From the NCBI GenBank assembly GCA_048940445.1, contig JBHLON010000051.1, positions 1-16,417 of the forward strand: a stretch of DNA of 16,417 nt, written 5' to 3'. Shown piece by piece: positions 1-8,018 of this stretch (the stretch's first letter is position 1; each line of letters starts with the position of its first letter). Under the pieces are notes generated by a model. That model searched no databases, was not told the origin of the DNA, and worked only from the letters and a program-made list of their open reading frames with translations. The stretch is from Promethearchaeota archaeon. GTDB lineage: Archaea; Asgardarchaeota; Lokiarchaeia; Sigyniarchaeales; SOKP01. The position numbers were made by a program, and so were the translations under genes.

Positions 1-146
1 TTTTTAAGTACAAATGTCTTTTCTATTAAAACCCCTCCAAAGTCAAAAATGAAATGTTTAATCTTATACAATCTAACCTTCTGTTTCTTAATGATTTTAG
101 TGTCATCGAAATCCTCTAATTTCTCTGAATTTTTCTTTTCAATCAA
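1..146 (-). CDS. HAD-superfamily phosphatase (HAD-IA, YihX-like D-x-G-G-V-L variant), N-terminal part only; runs off the window edge
   Basis: Not in the ORF track. Manual translation from TTG at 146 gives MIEKKNSEKLEDFDDTKIIKKQKVRLYKIKHFIFDFGGVLIEKTFVLK with no stop. IKHFIFDFGGVL is HAD motif I, with the nucleophile Asp codon at 44..42. The start is uncertain: ATG 176, TTG 146 and TTG 71 are all in frame. Confidence 0.82.
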   Translation of the reverse strand, partial: MIEKKNSEKLEDFDDTKIIKKQKVRLYKIKHFIFDFGGVLIEKTFVLK

Positions 147-150
147 ATTT

Positions 151-936
151 TTAGTCTCGGCTCTCACTAATTTCATAACTTTCAATAATCATATCGCATA
201 TTTTCGATACTGGATCATAATTTCCATGCCAATTGGAGAATTCAGGAAATGTACCGGGGTCTACAACATATAGCTTATTAGATGAAGATTCTCGTATCAT
301 ATCTAAATGTCCAAATAAAAGGTTATGTTTATCCTTCCATTTGAAGATTATTTCTTCAATATCATTAGGAGTTTCAATTACCTCAACGGGAGCATGTTCA
401 TTTACCATTGGCTTTTTCTTACAGACGCATATCTCATTATCAATAAAATATACTAAGTAATGTGTACCAAGTATATATTTTTCGAGATAAAATACTTTTA
501 GTTGATTCTCTTCAAGATCGCTTATTTTTTTAATCAATTTAACGTCTTTACTTCCTGATCCAACAATCTGTTTTGAGACTAATGGAAATAAACCATTCAA
601 ATTTGTTTTTAACGTTTCAAATGTTCCTAAAAATATATGAGGAATATTAAAATCTAGTTCTTCTAATAAAAAGGAAGCTTCCACTCTATTCTTACATTTA
701 TATGATATCTCCGTATTGGGGACTACAAGTACGTTATTCGCTTCTAAGAAGTATCCGGCGTATAGAAATATTAATTGTTTGGATTTTAGAATAAAAAAAT
801 CATGTTTAAGTAGAGAGTCGTCAATACGTAATCTCTCTTTAGTATATACTTTTACTTTAAAACCTTTCTTTTCATAATAATTTTTCATTTTTGCTGTTAA
901 ATGGGTTGTCCGTTTTGAAAGTATTCCAATTCTCAA
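151..936 (-). CDS. ATP-grasp domain protein (RimK/ITPK1-like), degenerate active-site motif
   Basis: 261 aa, TTG start, AGGAG RBS. ATP-grasp layout: CKNR, FPLVSKQIVGSGSKDV, YLEKYI, FGHLDMIRE...LYVVDPGTFPEF. The D-x-N motif reads D-P-G. Confidence 0.8.
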   Translation of the reverse strand: MRIGILSKRTTHLTAKMKNYYEKKGFKVKVYTKERLRIDDSLLKHDFFILKSKQLIFLYAGYFLEANNVLVVPNTEISYKCKNRVEASFLLEELDFNIPHIFLGTFETLKTNLNGLFPLVSKQIVGSGSKDVKLIKKISDLEENQLKVFYLEKYILGTHYLVYFIDNEICVCKKKPMVNEHAPVEVIETPNDIEEIIFKWKDKHNLLFGHLDMIRESSSNKLYVVDPGTFPEFSNWHGNYDPVSKICDMIIESYEISESRD

Positions 937-943
937 ATATATA

Positions 944-950
944 CACTCCT
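944..950 (-). promoter_or_regulatory. Shine-Dalgarno-like RBS (AGGAGTG) overlapping the upstream TAG stop
   Basis: The minus strand reads TAGGAGTGTATATATTTG. TAG ends 949..1767 and the final TTG starts 151..936. Confidence 0.7.
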
Positions 951-1767
951 ATTTTCTAGCTTGTTCTATTAAGAAATTAGTTACTTTTTCAAATCCATTA
1001 CTGATATAATTAAAATTAGGCGTTGAATTAACATCAGTTACATAGAATTTTCCTTCTTTAGATTTTAAAAAATCTACTGATGTAATGCTTAAATCAAGTA
1101 TTTCTTGGATTAATTTTACTTTTTCTTCTAATTCTAAGATAGGAGGGATTTCTTGCCTTGTTTTCATTTTGTTTGGGTTAATCAATACAGGTATTTGCTT
1201 ATAGAAGTACAAGGCATCCCCAATACCATAAACCTTATATTCCCATTTACTTTTAATAAATTTTTGATAATAAAAAAATTGATAGTTTTCAGGACCATCG
1301 AAAGCCTCAGTTAAAGCCCGTTCGTCAATGATTTTAAGATGTCCTTCTTTTTTTTCTATGTTCGCATTAAAGGCATAATTTTTTTGATCGATGACATTTT
1401 TGATAATGTAATCTTCAAAAGGAGGTGGCATTCCAACAGGTAATATAGCATGATCGGGAATATCGATTCCTGCCTTAGCTAATAACATACCACTTAAAAA
1501 TCTATGGGATGTTAACATAATTCCTTTTGATGAATTTATAATGGGGATTGACGTTTCGTGTTCAATTAATTTTCCTAAATTTAATATTAGATCTCCTTTT
1601 CCTTTAACAAAAAAAATATCTTCTTTAAAATCTTTAATTGAAAAATCTAAAAGGAAAGATTCTTCTAAATAAATAGAAATCTTAGTAAATCTTTTCAAAT
1701 ACTTCAAAAATTCACTTACTTTATTTTCTAAGTGATATTTGTCAAGAATTAACCCAACTTTAATCAA
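949..1767 (-). CDS. ATP-grasp protein, ITPK1-like inositol phosphate kinase candidate (RimK-like fold)
   Basis: 272 aa, TTG start, AAGGT upstream. Motifs IPIINS, YYQKFIKSKWEYKVYGIG and ITSVDFLKSKEGKFYVTDVNSTPNF (D...D-x-N). Confidence 0.78.
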   Translation of the reverse strand: MIKVGLILDKYHLENKVSEFLKYLKRFTKISIYLEESFLLDFSIKDFKEDIFFVKGKGDLILNLGKLIEHETSIPIINSSKGIMLTSHRFLSGMLLAKAGIDIPDHAILPVGMPPPFEDYIIKNVIDQKNYAFNANIEKKEGHLKIIDERALTEAFDGPENYQFFYYQKFIKSKWEYKVYGIGDALYFYKQIPVLINPNKMKTRQEIPPILELEEKVKLIQEILDLSITSVDFLKSKEGKFYVTDVNSTPNFNYISNGFEKVTNFLIEQARK

Positions 1768-1922
1768 TTATTTTACCTTATTGATATTTTTTCTAAGAAA
1801 AATCGATATGTTTATTTTCAAAAATAATAAATTATTTTAATATAAATAAGTCTTAAAGAATAATAAACTTAGGTTCCAAATGAGACCTACGAATAGTTAA
1901 GTTGCTATTTAAAATCAATATA

Positions 1923-1930
1923 TTTATATA
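1923..1930 (+). promoter_or_regulatory. Candidate archaeal TATA box (TTTATATA) for 1973..2887, in a divergent intergenic region
   Basis: Consensus-like TATA box with an A-rich upstream stretch, about 45 bp before the ATG. The AT-rich background lowers specificity. Confidence 0.4.
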
Positions 1931-1972
1931 ATATAATTTGCTTTAATGAAATTGAATTAATAGGTTTTTGAA

Positions 1973-2887
1973 ATGGCTAATAATGTTAAAAGGATTTATA
2001 TTGGAGCCATTTGTAATAGAGATCTCGAGGTTTTGGAAAGAATAAAGAAATTTTTATTAAAAAACTATAATGTCCTTATTGTTGAACTATTAAAAAAAGG
2101 GACTAATTCATTTGATAATAAGTACTTTTTAAAGCAGTTAAAAAAATATCCTATCTCCTTCTTAATGCTGAAATTGACTACCCAAAATTCTAACAAAAAA
2201 ATTTATGAAGCAATTGAGCAAGTATGTCCTAATATTCCAATTTTAAATAGCTTAAATTCTGTTCAAGTTTGCGAAAGTCGTAAAGAAACATTTAAAATGA
2301 TTAGTCAAAAGTGTAAAAAAGTGAAGATACCAATTACTTACTTTTCATTGAAAGAAGCTTTAAGAGCATGTCAATCTGGAACTAAAGTAATTGTCAAACT
2401 TGATGCTCATAATATCCCAAATTTTCCAAAAAATGATAGAATAATAGGAATTGCCAATTATGTAAGCGAACTTAATGAAATAATCAAAAATTATGATGAG
2501 AGAGATCTATTCTTTCAAGAATACTTAGGAGAATTTGATATTATTTATAAAGTATATGTGATTGGACGATGGATGGTTTCAATTACCTCTCATAATAGAT
2601 TACACAATCCTAATAATTTATCTCCTTTAGAGTTAATTCATATTAGGATACCAGTTGAGAAACAATTAAAAAGTAGAATAAAAAGATTGGGTCGGAAATT
2701 TGGAATGACTATTTTCGGGCTAGATTATATTTTAACAGAAGATGGACCTTGTATTATAGATGTAAACGATTTTCCAAGCTTTAGAAGCATTCCTGAAGGA
2801 ATTAGCTTAATTTCGGATTACATTTACAATATCATATCTTTACGAGAGCAGTATTCCCAAATGCGAATTACGGCTAAAGCAAAATAA
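1973..2887 (+). CDS. ATP-grasp protein, ITPK1-like inositol phosphate kinase candidate
   Basis: 304 aa. FFQEYLGEFDIIYKVYVIG and FGMTIFGLDYILTEDGPCIIDVNDFPSF match the ITPK1 pattern Q-x-F/Y...YKV(F/Y)VxG and FGxD...ID(I/V)NxFP. Convergent with the MIPS gene, 14 bp apart. Confidence 0.82.
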   Translation: MANNVKRIYIGAICNRDLEVLERIKKFLLKNYNVLIVELLKKGTNSFDNKYFLKQLKKYPISFLMLKLTTQNSNKKIYEAIEQVCPNIPILNSLNSVQVCESRKETFKMISQKCKKVKIPITYFSLKEALRACQSGTKVIVKLDAHNIPNFPKNDRIIGIANYVSELNEIIKNYDERDLFFQEYLGEFDIIYKVYVIGRWMVSITSHNRLHNPNNLSPLELIHIRIPVEKQLKSRIKRLGRKFGMTIFGLDYILTEDGPCIIDVNDFPSFRSIPEGISLISDYIYNIISLREQYSQMRITAKAK

Positions 2888-2901
2888 GCTTGAGATATTG
2901 A

Positions 2902-3993
2902 TCATTTTTCTCGCTTATTTTGTAAAAATTCCAGTAATCTTTCTTTCGCAATATAATCCTCCAATTGTTCAGGAGGATGTTTAGCAAAAAATGAACACGC
3001 TGAATGTAAAACACCCCCTATATTTCTATCTTTAGCTATCTTACTTACACGTATACAATCCGTAAGCACACCTGCAGAATTGTTTCCATCCTCTACAAAC
3101 AGAGTGATGTCCATTCTAACAGGAGCTCCTCCAAAAACGCGGCCCTCAAGTCTAATATACGCTTCTTTCTGGTTTTTTAAGAAGGGAATATAATCAACAG
3201 CAGAAATTTGACAATCTATAGTATCTCTATTCTGTAAATTAGCTACAACAGATTCTGTTTTAGATTGTCTCTTTCCTTCTTCATATCTTAGAGTTCCATT
3301 TTTCATAGGAGTTAATAAATTACAAAAATCGCTGGAGCCTCCCCAATCAAGTTGTATTGTTCTATCTAAAATCGCACCTCTCATTGGAAATAGATTAGCA
3401 AGTGATCTATGCACAATTGTTGCTCCTATTTGTGATTTTACATCATCTCCTATTAGTGAAAGCCTTAATCTTTCAGCTTTAGCAATTATCTCTGAATCCT
3501 TGACTACATGGGATGGCATTCCATTAACAACACAGGTTCCAGCATCAAGAGCAGCAATAGCATAATATTTTACTGCTTTATGACTTCCGGTAGGAAGTAA
3601 TATGACTACAACATCAACATTCCTATCTTTTAATTCTTTTACAATATCAACAGAAATTTGATTATCATCTATAGGAATGATATTTTTTATATTGCTATCT
3701 AAACCATCCATGACAGGACCTTTAACTACTGGTGCATTTAAGAAAGGTGGCTTAAAAAGGATCATATTACAATTAGGTTCTGAAAAAATCGCTTCACTTA
3801 AATCTTTCCCAACTTTTTTTGAATTTACATCTATCCCCAATACAAAATTTATATCATTAATACTATATTGAGTAATTTCTGTCAAGATTCCTATAATTTT
3901 GTCGGGATTTTGTTTGTAATTTTCGACACCTTGTACTAAAGCTGAAGCAACATCTCCTACTCCAATAATAGCAACGTTGATTTTTTCCGCCAT
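2902..3993 (-). CDS. ino1: myo-inositol-1-phosphate synthase (inositol-3-phosphate synthase), prokaryotic type, divergent
   Basis: 363 aa. Rossmann motif VAIIGVGDVASALVQG, then LPTGS, GDDVKSQIGATIVHR, GKRQSKT, DYIPFL..QK.AY, EDGNNSAGV and FFAKHPP; all are recognisable MIPS blocks. Confidence 0.92.
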   Translation of the reverse strand: MAEKINVAIIGVGDVASALVQGVENYKQNPDKIIGILTEITQYSINDINFVLGIDVNSKKVGKDLSEAIFSEPNCNMILFKPPFLNAPVVKGPVMDGLDSNIKNIIPIDDNQISVDIVKELKDRNVDVVVILLPTGSHKAVKYYAIAALDAGTCVVNGMPSHVVKDSEIIAKAERLRLSLIGDDVKSQIGATIVHRSLANLFPMRGAILDRTIQLDWGGSSDFCNLLTPMKNGTLRYEEGKRQSKTESVVANLQNRDTIDCQISAVDYIPFLKNQKEAYIRLEGRVFGGAPVRMDITLFVEDGNNSAGVLTDCIRVSKIAKDRNIGGVLHSACSFFAKHPPEQLEDYIAKERLLEFLQNKREK

Positions 3994-4018
3994 AATATTT
4001 TCTATAATAAAGGGATTG

Positions 4019-4028
4019 TATTTAAATA
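4019..4028 (-). promoter_or_regulatory. Candidate TATA box (palindromic TATTTAAATA) for ino1; spacing fits a leaderless or near-leaderless transcript
   Basis: TTTAAATA on the minus strand ends about 26 bp upstream of the ATG at 3993, and no SD sequence is visible. Confidence 0.5.
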
Positions 4029-4062
4029 ATTTTAAAATATAAAAAAGCTTTAATATTGATTT

Positions 4063-4078
4063 ATTATTTGCAAATAAT
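4063..4078. promoter_or_regulatory. Perfect 16-bp palindrome ATTATTTGCAAATAAT, candidate operator
   Basis: Read directly from the sequence. It lies between the divergent ino1 and glycosidase genes. Its function is inferred. Confidence 0.4.
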
Positions 4079-4106
4079 CTAGAAATGAATTATCAAAATT
4101 AAAATT

Positions 4107-6548
4107 GTGGTGGCTTTCATAGAATTGAATTTAATTGACTTATATTTAACTTTTTTAATTATAACCTTTATAATTCTATTTCTTTTAACAGTATATTTGA
4201 TTTTACCTTGGATATTCAAAATTTTTGTATCTCCAAGATTTAATGCTACCTATGTCTATAACTCAAAGGATTTTAAAAAGAAAGAAAAATTAGAAGGCTA
4301 TCCAAGTAAACAGGATATTTTTCAAGTAGATTTTGATAATAATCTCGGAGGCTATTCAATTTCATTTGGAACTACAACAAAATTTTCATATGGAGATATA
4401 ATCATTAGACATAAACATCAAGAATATAATATTTATAAAACTAAATCGAAATCTCTTCAGTTAAATTCAAAGAATGAAAAAGAAGGAAATGATAAGTTAG
4501 GTTCATTTAAATTAATAATTGCTGAATTTAAATCGGAGGATAAGGAACTATATTTCAGTATAGCGATAAAGAATTATCTCCGAGAGAATTTTATTATTTT
4601 TGAGCTGAATCTTCCTGAAGGGCTAAAAGCTACTTCATATGGTAAAAAATCAAAATTTATTACTTCCTACCCCTCATTTCTAAATATAAGTTCTCATACA
4701 AAAATATTTAGTTATCGTAATACCAAATTCTGTCCTCCTTCAAGAAAACTTAATACTACATCAGCACCTGTTTTACTATATGATGACTCTCTGAACTGCT
4801 TTACATTGTCTCCATTAGATGGTTTCTTAAACACATTGATTTCAAAAGATAAAGATAATAGAATAAATTGCGGTATCCAAGGAAAGATTAAAGAGTTACC
4901 AAGTGGTTTTTCACAAAAATTTATTCTTCTTTTTAGTAAAGGAATAAATCACTCTTTAGAGCGTTTAGGAGAAATTTTACTAAAATATCATGATTCTAAT
5001 CGTAAAGACCTTTATGCTAATGTAGTTACATCTTATTTAGGATTTTGGACAGATAATGGAGGCTATTATTACTATAACACAGAGAAAGGAATGAACTATG
5101 AAGAAACAATGTTATCAATTAAACAGTACTTTGAAGAAGATGCTATACCCATCATGTATTACAATTTTGATAGTTGGTGGTATTTAAAACATACAAATAA
5201 AATTTTAACGACTTTATTAAGACCAATTGTCCGATTGCAGGGAGGAGGATTATTTGGTAATACTTTACGTTGGGAAGTGGATCCAAAAAATTTTACGACT
5301 AATTTAAAAACATTTCAAAAAAAATTTCAAAGACCAATTACGGCTCATAATCGTCGTTGGGATTCTCGCTCTCCCTATGTAGATAAATTTCAATTCGAAA
5401 CTTATAAAAATCATGCTGTGCCACTGAATAGAGATTTCTGGCAATGGCTAATGGCTTATGCCAAAGAAAGCGGCATTGTTGTTTATGAACAAGATTGGAT
5501 TAAAAATCAAATTGCAAGTATACCAATATTAAAACAATATATTAATGCTCAACAGGATTGGTTGGACAATATGGCGTTTGCTGCTAAAGAGAAGGGAATT
5601 GATGTATTTTATAGCATGCAAACTCCTGGTGTCTTACTATACAGTATAAAACATTCAAATGTTAATATTTCCCGATGTTCGGAGGATTACAATCATAGGT
5701 GGCCTTTAACTTATAGATATGTTCACTCCACTCAAACGAATATACTTTTTAATGCTATTGGTATTAATTCTCATCCAGATGTTTTCCGTTCAAGAACAAT
5801 AGAAAATAATTTTCTGAAACTTTTCGGAGAAAAGTATCCAAATTTTAATTGTCTCTACCAAATCTTGAATGCTGGGGTTGTTGCACCCGGAGATAAAAAA
5901 GAAAATGTAAATTGGGATCTTCTGAAAAAAACATGCAGGAGTGATGGTTTATTACTGAAACCAGATAAACCTTTAACTGTTAATGATTTGATGTTTAAGA
6001 AACATAAGAAATACTATATTTGTGATACTTTTACCAGGATAAATAATTTAACTTGGAAATATATTTTAATTTCCAATCTATGGCCTCGAAGAGTTAAAGA
6101 AACTTTTTTCACATTAGCAGACCTAGGCTTTGAAAAAGATGATTATATTGTCTATGATTATTTTTCTGATATTATCACTCGAGTTAAGTTAGATGAAAAG
6201 ATTGAAATAGGACATTTAAAAAAATATGACTATAAATATTATATAGTGTGTCCTATTGTTAAAAATGGAATGGCTTTAATTGGCTGTCCTGACAAGTTCA
6301 TTACTTGTTCAAGAAAATTGGTTAAATTTTTCAATGCAAATGATAAATCCATTAACTTTCTAGTGGAAAACACACAAAATACTAGTATTAAACTTTTAAT
6401 TTATTCAGAAAAAAAGCCTACTTCAATTCAAGTTGATAAGGAATTAACTAATTTATGGAATTATGATGAGGAACTAAATAAAATAGAAATATACCTTTGG
6501 TTCGATACTAAAACTAAAAAAGAAGTTATAATCAAAAATAATATTTAA
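4107..6548 (+). CDS. Membrane-anchored putative glycoside hydrolase/transglycosylase, clan GH-D-like (GH36/raffinose synthase-like TIM barrel)
   Basis: 813 aa, GTG start, N-terminal hydrophobic helix. Motifs YLGFWTDNGGYYYY, FDSWW (D355), YEQDW (D463, nucleophile-like), SRCSEDY (D527, acid/base-like) and GD...WDLLKKTCRSDGLLLKPDKP resemble clan GH-D strand motifs. Confidence 0.6.
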   Translation: MVAFIELNLIDLYLTFLIITFIILFLLTVYLILPWIFKIFVSPRFNATYVYNSKDFKKKEKLEGYPSKQDIFQVDFDNNLGGYSISFGTTTKFSYGDIIIRHKHQEYNIYKTKSKSLQLNSKNEKEGNDKLGSFKLIIAEFKSEDKELYFSIAIKNYLRENFIIFELNLPEGLKATSYGKKSKFITSYPSFLNISSHTKIFSYRNTKFCPPSRKLNTTSAPVLLYDDSLNCFTLSPLDGFLNTLISKDKDNRINCGIQGKIKELPSGFSQKFILLFSKGINHSLERLGEILLKYHDSNRKDLYANVVTSYLGFWTDNGGYYYYNTEKGMNYEETMLSIKQYFEEDAIPIMYYNFDSWWYLKHTNKILTTLLRPIVRLQGGGLFGNTLRWEVDPKNFTTNLKTFQKKFQRPITAHNRRWDSRSPYVDKFQFETYKNHAVPLNRDFWQWLMAYAKESGIVVYEQDWIKNQIASIPILKQYINAQQDWLDNMAFAAKEKGIDVFYSMQTPGVLLYSIKHSNVNISRCSEDYNHRWPLTYRYVHSTQTNILFNAIGINSHPDVFRSRTIENNFLKLFGEKYPNFNCLYQILNAGVVAPGDKKENVNWDLLKKTCRSDGLLLKPDKPLTVNDLMFKKHKKYYICDTFTRINNLTWKYILISNLWPRRVKETFFTLADLGFEKDDYIVYDYFSDIITRVKLDEKIEIGHLKKYDYKYYIVCPIVKNGMALIGCPDKFITCSRKLVKFFNANDKSINFLVENTQNTSIKLLIYSEKKPTSIQVDKELTNLWNYDEELNKIEIYLWFDTKTKKEVIIKNNI

Positions 6549-6574
6549 GGTCATTTTCTAGCGTAAGAACCTAT

Positions 6575-7900
6575 TTATTTCTTAATTAATGTTTCTTTTA
6601 CTTTTAAGAAAAGCGGTATGGATCCCAAAAAGAATATTGGAGCGAATGTGAAGACAAACGATTCTGGTATGATCCCTACTATTAACATATAGGTAGCAAT
6701 TAAGCCTCCTACAATAGAACCTATTACCTGCGAAACAGTTCTTATAACATTTAACAGTCCAAGAAACTTACCTCTTTCAAATTCAGGTAACAAATCTTGG
6801 GACCACGCATTCATTGGTGTTTCTAAACCCAAAATTCCGATAAGTATAAAAGGAAATAATATAAACAATAACATCAAATTGGTTGATGATCCTATTTTAA
6901 CGAAAGGAATGTAAATCATTGCTATAGATATAATATAAATTACAAGAGGTATATATACTCGGCGACCATGTTTATCGCTAAGTTTGCCCAGTAAAGAAAT
7001 AATAATAAATAGAATAATAAATGAAATAAAAACTAATAAGATCAACTCCATTGTAGTCAATCCTAAAGCAAATATCCATATAAATAAAAAAGGCAGAATT
7101 GTGGATATCCCTGTTCTATATACTGTAAGAGCTAGTACAATTTTGAAGAATTCCCTATTTTCCCTTAATTTTCTCACATTAAAAATTCCCTTAAATTCAG
7201 TAAAAAATTTCTTTTTTGGAGGTAATTCTTCTGATGATTTCTCTTTTATAAGTAAAAATCCTAAAAAACCTGTAATACAAATACTTATTCCTCCTATAGT
7301 TAAAGTAAAGATATGCCCACTTTGTCCAATTACAGTACCACCTGCAGGAGTGTTTACTCCAAAAATCATGTCTGCTACCAGAAAAGAGGCTACAGCGATT
7401 AATAATCCAATATTACCTATAATATTTATAATACCATTTGCTCTCCCTCTTCTTTCTACTTCAACCGTATCTGGAATTAGTGCCCTCTCAGATACATAAT
7501 ACGCATTAGAACTAATTCCAATTACCACAACATCTAAAATGATGCATATTATGTAGGCAATAGTAATGTTTCCGCCAGCAATGTTAATTGAAAAAGCGAA
7601 AAGTATCATTGAAATCCCTGATATGATTCCATAAAGTAAATAAGGACGCCGTCTTCCAAATCTTCCCCTCGTGTTATCACTTTTTATACCCCACATCAAG
7701 TTTGAGATTAATCCCACAACTGCTGATAAACTAACCATTAGAGTAATGAATAAAGGTTTTAGGAATAAAACTTGATTTAAATAGGTATTTAAATAATTTT
7801 GCTCAAAAAAACCAAAGATTGTATCACCTGCTAATAACATACCTATTAAATAAACTTGGTTTCGTAAGAAATCACTAAATACTCTTTCTTTTTTTCTCAT
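6575..7900 (-). CDS. MFS transporter, glycoside-pentoside-hexuronide (GPH/MFS_2)-like
   Basis: 441 aa with about 12 hydrophobic segments. Motif A: GIKSDNTRGRFGRRRPY and LGKLSDKHGRR. Also DTVEVERRGRANG and DLLPEFERGKFLG. Confidence 0.9.
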   Translation of the reverse strand: MRKKERVFSDFLRNQVYLIGMLLAGDTIFGFFEQNYLNTYLNQVLFLKPLFITLMVSLSAVVGLISNLMWGIKSDNTRGRFGRRRPYLLYGIISGISMILFAFSINIAGGNITIAYIICIILDVVVIGISSNAYYVSERALIPDTVEVERRGRANGIINIIGNIGLLIAVASFLVADMIFGVNTPAGGTVIGQSGHIFTLTIGGISICITGFLGFLLIKEKSSEELPPKKKFFTEFKGIFNVRKLRENREFFKIVLALTVYRTGISTILPFLFIWIFALGLTTMELILLVFISFIILFIIISLLGKLSDKHGRRVYIPLVIYIISIAMIYIPFVKIGSSTNLMLLFILFPFILIGILGLETPMNAWSQDLLPEFERGKFLGLLNVIRTVSQVIGSIVGGLIATYMLIVGIIPESFVFTFAPIFFLGSIPLFLKVKETLIKK

Positions 7901-8018
7901 ATTTAATTCGCCGTTAATTATTTAAGGAATAAGTTTTAATTTTATTTTGATTTTATTATTTAAAAGTATATCTTTTTAACTTAAAGCAACATTGAAAGAA
8001 AATGAACATAATTAAGAG

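Noticed and set aside
49-460. Plus-strand ORFs 49..273 and 233..460
   Set aside because: They are antisense shadows of the HAD and ATP-grasp genes and carry no recognisable motifs.
1788-1909. Short inverted repeats in the first divergent intergenic region (TTTTTCT-A-AGAAAAA, TAGGT..ACCTA, AATAG..CTATT)
   Set aside because: Arms of 5-7 bp are expected by chance in DNA this AT-rich, and they share no consensus.
6984-7499. 171-aa plus-strand ORF
   Set aside because: It lies wholly antisense to the MFS gene. Its Ile/Asn/Lys/Pro-rich composition is what the reverse strand of a hydrophobic protein gene gives.
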